Below are positions 44,931 to 52,453 of a stretch of DNA of 58,324 bases, one piece after another. Positions within the stretch are counted from its first letter, which is position 1, and every line of letters starts with the position of its first letter. Source of the stretch: Acutalibacteraceae bacterium (GTDB lineage: Bacteria; Bacillota; Clostridia; Oscillospirales; Acutalibacteraceae); NCBI GenBank assembly GCA_045579005.1, contig JAZNLJ010000071.1:1-58324 (forward strand), read 5' to 3'. Below the pieces are notes generated by a model. That model ran no database searches, was not told the origin of the DNA, and saw only the letters and a program-made list of their open reading frames with translations. A program made the translations under genes and the position numbers.

Positions 44931-45680
44931 TTATTCAACCTCTGTGTAGCCCTGCGCAATATATTGTTCCTTTGTTATAGAATATTTGACCTTCGCGTTG
45001 TCTGATAAATCGCCACCCACAAGCTGTAATTCAACTAATTCATTGAAGTGTTCATCTGCATTTTTTATTATCAAAGTTTCGGTCATCATATCACCGTCTC
45101 TTGTGGTGGAATATTCGATGAAATCATATGGGGCGAACAGTGCTTCACTCTGGGAAATAACCTGATTAAGAGCTTCTTCATCAGTATCTGCAACGTTTGT
45201 TGTGTATTCCTGTGTCCATGATTTGATGATATCTCCGTCGCAATGATATGTAAGTGTGGTTATACCGTTTTCTTCCTCCAGCTTTAATACGTGAACCTCT
45301 AATTCGGTTACGGCATCATCAGGTACCGACTCGAAGTCAACATCATAATCACCGAATGTTTCTACAGGAGCATAACCGCTGTTCATTTCCTGTCCTACCT
45401 TTTCAGCAACGTTTCCGATAAAGGCCATAACGATAAGAACTACAACAACGATAGCGATAATTACAGGAGTTTTAATTTTCTTCTTTTGTGGTGCCGGTTG
45501 TGCATTGTACTGACCCTGGTAGGGAGCCTGATAGGGTGCTTGTTGAGGCTGATAAGCCTGCTGAGGTGCCTGCTCGGGTGTCTGAACAGGGACTTGTTGT
45601 GTCTGGGGCTGAATTGCACCGCAGAATTGACAAACCGTGCTGTTATCAGGAATTTCTTTTCCGCATTGTAAACAGAACAT
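44931..45680 (-). CDS. Zinc-ribbon membrane protein with Pro/Gln-rich linker and an extracytoplasmic domain
   Basis: MFCLQCGKEIPDNSTVCQFCGA, a Q/P/A-rich low-complexity segment, a TM helix (VIIAIVVVVLIVMAFIG) and a roughly 150-aa C-terminal domain. I chose the ATG at 45680, which has GGAGGT 6 nt upstream. Confidence 0.6.
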   Translation of the reverse strand: MFCLQCGKEIPDNSTVCQFCGAIQPQTQQVPVQTPEQAPQQAYQPQQAPYQAPYQGQYNAQPAPQKKKIKTPVIIAIVVVVLIVMAFIGNVAEKVGQEMNSGYAPVETFGDYDVDFESVPDDAVTELEVHVLKLEEENGITTLTYHCDGDIIKSWTQEYTTNVADTDEEALNQVISQSEALFAPYDFIEYSTTRDGDMMTETLIIKNADEHFNELVELQLVGGDLSDNAKVKYSITKEQYIAQGYTEVE

Positions 45681-45922
45681 AATTATACCTCCGATTTTCA
45701 TTAACTTTTTGAATCTGAGAAAATTTTATCACGAAATAAAAAAACAAGTCAACAGATGTACATAATTATGCGGAAATTTGTAAGAAAAAGGCGGTTATTT
45801 GATTATTTTTTTGTTCTTCAACTATTCCATTTTAATTGTGTGTATGATATACTTTATGATATATAACTATAATAGGAAAATTAGGATTTTATTTTACAGA
45901 ACACTACGGAAGGAAAAAGCAA

Positions 45923-46687
45923 ATGGCAAAAATAATTTCAGTTGTTAACCAGAAGGGTGGCGTGGGTAAAACCACAAGTGCAGTTAACCTTGCCGCCGCT
46001 CTTGGTGCAATGGGTAAAAAAATTCTTCTTGTTGATATAGATCCCCAAGGCAACACCACAAGCGGCTACGGTATTTCACGTAAGAATCTTGCGGCTACTT
46101 CTTATGAGATACTGATCGGATCAAGTACAGCCCGTGAAGCCGTTATCAAAACAAAATTTCAGGGTGTTGATATAATTCCCTCAAATATAAATCTTGCAGG
46201 TGCAGAGCTTGAGCTTGCGGTTATGGACAAGCGTGAGGCTCTTCTCAAAAATGCTCTTGCAACTATTCAGGAGGATTATGACTATATCTTTTTCGATTGT
46301 CCTCCCTCGTTGGGACTTATCACACTCAATGCACTCACAGCATCAGACAGCTTCATTGTTCCTATTCAATGTGAGTATTATGCACTTGAAGGTCTGTCGC
46401 AGCTTATGGCAACTGTCAGAACAATCAAGCGGCTTTATAACCCTTACATAGAGCTTGAGGGAGTTCTCCTCACAATGTATGACGGCAGACTCAACCTTAC
46501 TCAGCAGGTTGTTTCAGAGGTTAAGAACTTCTTCCCTAAAAAGGTTTATGCAACGGTTATTCCCCGTAATGTCCGACTTTCAGAGGCACCCTCATTCGGC
46601 GAACCGGTGCTCTATTACGATAAAGCCTCAAGGGGTAGCGAAAGCTACACAGCTCTCGCAGAGGAATTTTTGAAAATGCAGAAATAA
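45923..46687 (+). CDS. soj: Chromosome partitioning ATPase ParA/Soj
   Basis: Deviant Walker A NQKGGVGKTT, DIDPQGN, FFDCPPSLG. It is followed by parB. Confidence 0.9.
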   Translation: MAKIISVVNQKGGVGKTTSAVNLAAALGAMGKKILLVDIDPQGNTTSGYGISRKNLAATSYEILIGSSTAREAVIKTKFQGVDIIPSNINLAGAELELAVMDKREALLKNALATIQEDYDYIFFDCPPSLGLITLNALTASDSFIVPIQCEYYALEGLSQLMATVRTIKRLYNPYIELEGVLLTMYDGRLNLTQQVVSEVKNFFPKKVYATVIPRNVRLSEAPSFGEPVLYYDKASRGSESYTALAEEFLKMQK

Positions 46688-46696
46688 GGTGAAATA

Positions 46697-47557
46697 ATGG
46701 CAGTTAAAAAATCGGGTCTCGGCAGAGGATTTGATGCAATCTTTGCAGACAATTCCCTTGAAGACCTTTCCGCAAATTCGGGTGCGGTCAAGGTGAAGCT
46801 CATTGATATTGAGCCTAACAGAGACCAACCACGAAAGGTATTTGATGAATCGGCACTCAACGACCTGGCAGACAGTATCGCTCAGCACGGTGTTCTTCAG
46901 CCTCTTCTTGTTCGTCCTATGGCAGACGGTGGCTATCAGCTTGTAGCAGGTGAGCGTCGTTGGCGTGCTTCAAGACTTGCAGGACTTACAGAGGTGCCTG
47001 TTGTAATTAAAGATTTGACCGACTCACAGGTTGCAGAGCTGGCATTAGTTGAAAACCTGCAACGTGAAAACCTTAACCCTATGGAGACTGCAAACGGTTT
47101 TAAAGAGTTGGGTGACAAGTTCGGTTATACACAAGATGAAATCTCAAAGATTGTGGGTTGTTCACGTTCGGCAGTTGCAAATGCTCTCAGACTTCTCACT
47201 CTCACAGATGAGGTTCAGGAGCTTGTAAGCAACGGTGAGCTTTCACAGGGGCATGCAAAGGCAATCCTTTCCGTTGAAGATAAATCGTATCAGACAGAGC
47301 TTGCAAAGCTCGTTGTTAAGGAAGGTCTTTCCGTACGTGAAACAGAGCGACTTGCCCGCAAGGCTTCGCAGGAGCCCTCAACAGGCAAAAGGGTGAAGAA
47401 GAGAAACCCCTATTACGATGAGGTTGAGCTTGCTTTGTCAGACGTGCTCAAGAGAAAGGTTACAGTTACTAAATCAAGCAAAAAAGGATCCTTGGAAATC
47501 GAGTTTTTTGATGACAATGACCTGAAAAAGCTTCTTAAGATATTTGATAATGAATAA
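46697..47557 (+). CDS. spo0J: Chromosome partitioning protein ParB/Spo0J
   Basis: ParB box QPRK.F, GERRWRA (CTPase arginine patch), and HTH YTQDEISKIVGCSRSAVANALRLL. Confidence 0.9.
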   Translation: MAVKKSGLGRGFDAIFADNSLEDLSANSGAVKVKLIDIEPNRDQPRKVFDESALNDLADSIAQHGVLQPLLVRPMADGGYQLVAGERRWRASRLAGLTEVPVVIKDLTDSQVAELALVENLQRENLNPMETANGFKELGDKFGYTQDEISKIVGCSRSAVANALRLLTLTDEVQELVSNGELSQGHAKAILSVEDKSYQTELAKLVVKEGLSVRETERLARKASQEPSTGKRVKKRNPYYDEVELALSDVLKRKVTVTKSSKKGSLEIEFFDDNDLKKLLKIFDNE

Positions 47558-47571
47558 GGTAGGTATGAAAG

Positions 47572-48858
47572 ATGATTGATATTAAGTTTTTAAGGGAAAA
47601 TCCCGAGGTTGTAAAGCAGAACATAAGAAACAAGTTCCAGGATAAGAAGGTTGAGCTTGTTGACCAGGTAATCGAGCTCGATGCCGAAAGCCGTAAGGTT
47701 AAGGGTGAAGCAGATAACCTCAGAGCTTCAAGGAATAAAAACAGCAAAATGATAGGTGCTCTTATGGCACAGGGCAAGCGCGATGAGGCTGAGGAAATGA
47801 AAAAACAGGTTGCTGCAGATGCCGCTCGTCTTGCAGAGCTTGAAAAGGCAGAGGAAGAGCTTTCACAGAAGGTTAATGACATTATGATGGTTATCCCAAA
47901 TATCATCGACCCATCTGTACCTATTGGTAAGGACGACAGCGAAAACGTTGAGGTTGAGCGTTATGGTGACCCTGTTGTGCCTGATTTTGAGATTCCCTAC
48001 CACCGTGAGATTATGGAGTCATTTGAGGGTATTGACCTTGACAGCGCAGGTCGTGTTGCAGGCAACGGCTTTTATTACCTTTGCGGTGATATAGCAAGAC
48101 TTCATTCTGCAGTTATTTCCTACGCACGTGACTTTATGATTGACCGCGGCTTCACATATTACATCCCGCCCTTTATGATTCGAAGCAACGTAGTAACAGG
48201 TGTTATGAGCTTTGCTGAGATGGATGCTATGATGTATTAAATCGAGGGTGAGGATCTTTACCTTATCGGCACAAGTGAGCACTCAATGATTGGTAAGTTT
48301 ATTGATACAATTATTCCCGAGGAAAAGCTTCCTCAGACGCTCACAAGCTATTCACCCTGCTTCCGTAAGGAAAAGGGAGCACACGGTATCGAGGAGCGCG
48401 GTGTTTACCGAATCCATCAGTTTGAAAAGCAGGAAATGATTGTTGTTTGTAAGCCTGAGGACAGCCCCTATTGGTTTGACCAGCTCTGGAAAAATACAGT
48501 TGACCTGTTCCGTTCACTTGACATTCCAGTAAGAACACTTGAGTGCTGTTCAGGTGACCTTGCAGACCTTAAGGTTAAGTCAATCGATGTTGAGGCGTGG
48601 AGCCCCAGACAGCAAAAGTACTTCGAGGTTGGCAGTTGTTCAAATCTTTCCGATGCACAGGCAAGACGTCTTAAAATCCGTGCAGGCGGTAAGGATAAGA
48701 AATATTTCCCCCACACTCTCAACAACACAGTTGTTGCTCCCCCCAGAATGCTTATTGCATTCCTTGAGAATAATCTCAATGAGGACGGCTCGGTAAATAT
48801 CCCTGTTGCATTGAGACCTTATATGGGTGGAAAGGAAAAGCTTATTCCTACGGTATAA
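47572..48858 (+). pseudogene. serS: Seryl-tRNA synthetase interrupted by one in-frame TAA (48238-48240)
   Basis: ORFs 47572-48240 and 48286-48858 are in the same frame. Read together they give a full-length class II SerRS of 428 codons: an N-terminal coiled-coil arm, ...FAEMDAMMY*IEGEDLYLIGTSEH..., motif 2 CFRKEKGAHG..GVYRIHQF, and motif 3 GSCSN..D.QARRL. No other defect is visible. Confidence 0.8.
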
Positions 48859-48928
48859 GTTTTTCAATGATAAATTGTAAACGCAAAACGATAAATCGAG
48901 GGGACGCAATGCGTCCGATTATAGAACT

Positions 48929-49753
48929 ATGTATAAAGATAGACGAGAAGATAAGTTTAAGGAACGCAGAAGTGATTTTGCGGACAGGGATGATTTAGGT
49001 AAAGAAAATGCCAATCAGCCCGACAGAGATATAATTTTCGGCAGGAATTCCGTAACTGAGGCTATCAAAGCGGAGAGACCTCTTGACAGCGTTATGGTTG
49101 TCAGAGGTGAGCGCTCAGGCTCAATCCCAAGGATTCTTGCGGATGCCAAAACAGCAGGCATTCCAATCAAAGAGGTTGACCGTAAAAAACTTGACTTTAT
49201 GTGTGGTCACGGTAATCATCAGGGTATTATTGCTGTGGGTGCGGTTAAAGCATATTCTGCTGTGGACGATATTTTTGCCACGGCAGAGGAGAGGGGTGAG
49301 GCCCCATTCATTATCGTGTGTGATGAAATTGAGGACCCTCATAACCTGGGGGCAATTATCAGAACTGCTGAAGCGGCAGGTGCACACGGTGTGATTGTTC
49401 CCAAAAGACGCAGTGCATCCTTGAGCTTTACGGTTTCAAAGACGTCTGCGGGCGCAGTTGAATTTATGCACGTTGCACGTGTAACAAATATTCCGCAGAT
49501 ACTCGATGAGCTTAAGGAACGCGGTTTGTGGATTTACTGTGTGGATATGGACGGTGAAACATTTTACAACGCAAATCTTAAAGGCTCGGTTGCTCTCGTA
49601 ATCGGCTCCGAGGGTAAGGGCGTGGGCAGACTTGTGAAGGAGAAATGTGACGTTGTTCTCTCAATGCCTATGAAGGGCAAAATCAACTCCCTTAACGCAT
49701 CTGTTGCGGCGGGAATTCTTATGTATGAAATTTCAAAACAGCGTGATATTTGA
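48929..49753 (+). CDS. rlmB: 23S rRNA (guanosine2251-2'-O)-methyltransferase RlmB (SpoU/TrmH family)
   Basis: IFGRNSVTEAIK is the substrate-binding domain. SPOUT motifs: CDEIEDPHNLGAIIRTAEAAGAHGV, LVIGSEGKG and SLNASVAAGILMYE. No clear SD precedes the ATG at 48929, so the exact start is uncertain. Confidence 0.82.
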   Translation: MYKDRREDKFKERRSDFADRDDLGKENANQPDRDIIFGRNSVTEAIKAERPLDSVMVVRGERSGSIPRILADAKTAGIPIKEVDRKKLDFMCGHGNHQGIIAVGAVKAYSAVDDIFATAEERGEAPFIIVCDEIEDPHNLGAIIRTAEAAGAHGVIVPKRRSASLSFTVSKTSAGAVEFMHVARVTNIPQILDELKERGLWIYCVDMDGETFYNANLKGSVALVIGSEGKGVGRLVKEKCDVVLSMPMKGKINSLNASVAAGILMYEISKQRDI

Positions 49754-49781
49754 GTTTTGATATTTATTGTGAGGAATAAAA

Positions 49782-52244
49782 ATGGCTGACGAACGTAAAA
49801 CACAGAGGAAATGGTCCCTGGAGGAAATTGATGAACTGTTGCAGGATAGCGGTATGCTGCCTCGTGACAGTGACTCTGTTATTGATATTGAGGATGTTGC
49901 GCCCACTCCAAAGGCTTCCCCCTTTAACCCCAGACCTGCTCGTAATGATAATATTGAGCATCAGATAAAAACTCAGATTATTGAGCGCTCTGACAGCGTA
50001 GCAGAGCCCCAGGTTTACGGTAACTTCGTCAGCGAGAAATACAGAGACCGCTTTTTTAACAAGCCTGTACAAAATCTGCAGAAAACCTCGGAGCATGCAA
50101 TTGTGCCCCCTGAAGAGCAGAAGTATGAGCGTAGCGGTTTTGTGAAAAAGAAAAGCAACTTTGAAAGTACCAATGAGTTTTCACCCGTTCCTAATCTTGT
50201 GCCTGACCACAAGCTTGATGGTAAGACGGCATCGGGCAAAACAATCGTATTTGACGATAAAAAGCACACCCGAACCATAGGACTTCGATCCCTTGCAGTG
50301 ACCGACGGTGATGCTCATGATATCGAACTTCCACCTGAGGAGGATGATGCTCAGCTTACCTTTGAGGGCTTCAACAATGAGGAGATAAACATTGTTGATG
50401 AACGTGAGGTTGAGGAGGAGCTTATCAGAAAGCGTCGTCAAAAGGTAAGCTCGTTTACCATAACAGGCGAGGTCAATGCTCCCAAGGAAGAGGCGCCTGT
50501 GAAACGCTATGGTACAGACGAATATCGTACTGCGGATGATAAATTCAAGGTTGCTTACTACCTTAAAAAGAAAAAGAACTCTGCACTCGCAGGTGCGATT
50601 GTGTGTGGTATTTGCGCTGTTGTGCTTGTGGTGTTGTCACTTATTGCAAGAGGCTTCGCAGAGGGTGGCAGGATTTTTGCATTTCTTTCAATCGTGATTA
50701 CTCTCGTGGCTCTCGGTGTCAATATAGGCACCGTTTCTGAGGGAATCAAATCACTTGCGAAACTCAGATTCAACAGATTCACAGGTTGTTTTATTGCCGT
50801 TGTAGCATCGATTATCCAATGTATTATTCTATTGGTTGCCGAAGCACCCTTTGAGAATGGTATCAGTATGTTCAGCGGCGCAGCGGTATTTGCCCTGGGA
50901 CTTAATATGGCGGGTGAGTATTATGAGTTTAAGCGTATTTCAAGGAACTTTGCATATCTTGTAAATAAGGATGAAATTTATTCAATTTCCCCAATTGAGA
51001 AAACCGAGGTTGCTTTTGAAATCGGTCGAGGACTTCTTCTTGACAGTCCTGCGGTGCTCAGCTCACAGAAGACTCTTTTCCCCGGCAGATTTATTGAGTT
51101 TTCAAGGACGGCATATCCGTCAGACGAATTAAGCAACAAGCTTATTCCGATCGGTCTTATTGCTTCGCTTGTGGTAAGCTTCATAACCCTTCTTGTTTCC
51201 AAGGATATCCGTACTACGGTTACGGCATTCAGCGGATGCATCTGCCTGAGTATTCCTTACTTTTCTTGTCTTGCAGACAGTGTTGCTGTTAGCAAGGTTT
51301 GTAAAAAGCTTCGTAACAAGGGAGCTGTGCTCACAGGCTGGCAGGCATTCAACGAGTGTGAAAATGCCAATGCCCTTGCTATTGATTCTGCTGATATCTT
51401 TGATAAAGAGGGCGGAAACGTATTTGGTATTCATCCATTTTACGATATCGGCATTGACGAGGCTATTATATATACCTCGGCACTTCTTATTGCATCGGGC
51501 GGGCCACTGGGCAACCTGTTCAAGAGAGTCATCGTGGGTGAAACCTCGTTGCTTCCACCTGTTGACACGCTCGCTTATGAGGATAAGTTAGGTCTTTCTG
51601 CCTGGATTTTCAATCGTCGTATTCTTGTGGGGAGTAAGGAGCTCCTAAGAAACCATAACGTTGAGATTCCCGATATCGCTCTTGTGGAAAGACATCTTTT
51701 TGAGGGAAGATATCCCTTATATCTTGCTATTGACGGCAAGGCTGCTGCTGCGTTTATTGTTTCCTATGACGTGGATTCAGAAAATGCAAAATTGCTTAAA
51801 ACTATTGAAGCAGACAGCATTTCATTGCTTGTCCGTTCTGACGATGCTAACATTACCGATGAAATGGTTGCGAGAAAGCTTCTTCTCCCGCAGAGCGGTG
51901 TCAAGGTGCTTTCCGCGGTATCGGGTGATTTGTATAAGAATTATGTAAAGGAAACTACCTCTGCCGCTGATTCACTTTTAGTTCACGACGGCTCGGCTCA
52001 CAGCTTCCTTTATGCTATAAAGAGTGCGCTATCTCTGAGGACCTTCAAGCAGGTGCTCAAGGTTTTTCAGACCTGTGCCATGGGTATTGGAATTGCCCTT
52101 GTGGCGGTACTTTCCTTCGTTTCGGGTCTCGGACACCTTAACTGTGTACAGTTGATTATAACCCAGGCGGTATTTACTGCCGCCACACTTGGTACGGTTA
52201 CGGGAAGTCACTTTATCAAGAACTTTGAACGAAGAAAAAAATAA
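49782..52244 (+). CDS. P1B-type (heavy-metal) ATPase homologue with degenerate catalytic motifs and a roughly 265-aa charged N-terminal extension
   Basis: Co-linear with P1B ATPases from about residue 270: TM helices, GEYYEFKRISRNF (compare GRYLEARAKGR), TM6 GCICLS (compare ACPCAL), IDSADIFDKEGGN (compare VDTVVFDKTGTLT), LLVRSDDANITDEMVARKL (compare MLTGDN..A..IA..LGI), LLVHDGSAHSFLYAIKSA (compare VAMVGDGINDAPALAAA), then two C-terminal TMs. Confidence 0.72.
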   Translation: MADERKTQRKWSLEEIDELLQDSGMLPRDSDSVIDIEDVAPTPKASPFNPRPARNDNIEHQIKTQIIERSDSVAEPQVYGNFVSEKYRDRFFNKPVQNLQKTSEHAIVPPEEQKYERSGFVKKKSNFESTNEFSPVPNLVPDHKLDGKTASGKTIVFDDKKHTRTIGLRSLAVTDGDAHDIELPPEEDDAQLTFEGFNNEEINIVDEREVEEELIRKRRQKVSSFTITGEVNAPKEEAPVKRYGTDEYRTADDKFKVAYYLKKKKNSALAGAIVCGICAVVLVVLSLIARGFAEGGRIFAFLSIVITLVALGVNIGTVSEGIKSLAKLRFNRFTGCFIAVVASIIQCIILLVAEAPFENGISMFSGAAVFALGLNMAGEYYEFKRISRNFAYLVNKDEIYSISPIEKTEVAFEIGRGLLLDSPAVLSSQKTLFPGRFIEFSRTAYPSDELSNKLIPIGLIASLVVSFITLLVSKDIRTTVTAFSGCICLSIPYFSCLADSVAVSKVCKKLRNKGAVLTGWQAFNECENANALAIDSADIFDKEGGNVFGIHPFYDIGIDEAIIYTSALLIASGGPLGNLFKRVIVGETSLLPPVDTLAYEDKLGLSAWIFNRRILVGSKELLRNHNVEIPDIALVERHLFEGRYPLYLAIDGKAAAAFIVSYDVDSENAKLLKTIEADSISLLVRSDDANITDEMVARKLLLPQSGVKVLSAVSGDLYKNYVKETTSAADSLLVHDGSAHSFLYAIKSALSLRTFKQVLKVFQTCAMGIGIALVAVLSFVSGLGHLNCVQLIITQAVFTAATLGTVTGSHFIKNFERRKK

Positions 52245-52247
52245 ATA

Positions 52248-52394
52248 TCAAAGGTCGTCGGCATCTTGTATGGGGTGTTCTCCGTTAAGTGGTACACCTG
52301 TATATGAGCCGTTTACGTCCGAAATGATTTTCGGGTCGGTAAATTCCTTTGAATCAACAACCTGTTGAACCTTTGTTTTTTTGCTTTTTGACAT
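52248..52394 (-). CDS. Small hypothetical protein (48 aa; below the ORF-track cutoff)
   Basis: My translation is MSKSKKTKVQQVVDSKEFTDPKIISDVNGSYTGVPLNGEHPIQDADDL. GAGGTG (52406-52401) lies 6 nt upstream of the ATG (52394). It sits in an otherwise empty 209-nt gap. Confidence 0.5.
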   Translation of the reverse strand: MSKSKKTKVQQVVDSKEFTDPKIISDVNGSYTGVPLNGEHPIQDADDL

Positions 52395-52453
52395 AGTAAT
52401 CACCTCGTGATTATTGTTTCACAAAAATCAGTTGTTATAAGGAGGAAAATCAA

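Noticed and set aside
47329-47344. parS site inside parB (TTCCGTACGTGAAACA); also TGTCTCACGTGAAGGG at 172-187
   Set aside because: The first matches only the right half of the TGTTNCACGTGAAACA consensus. The second has four mismatches. Neither is palindromic enough to call.
48238-48240. TAA in serS as evidence of genetic-code reassignment
   Set aside because: TAA is used as an ordinary stop by many well-supported genes in this window (for example GH2, ferredoxin, thiT, znuA), so global recoding is not plausible.
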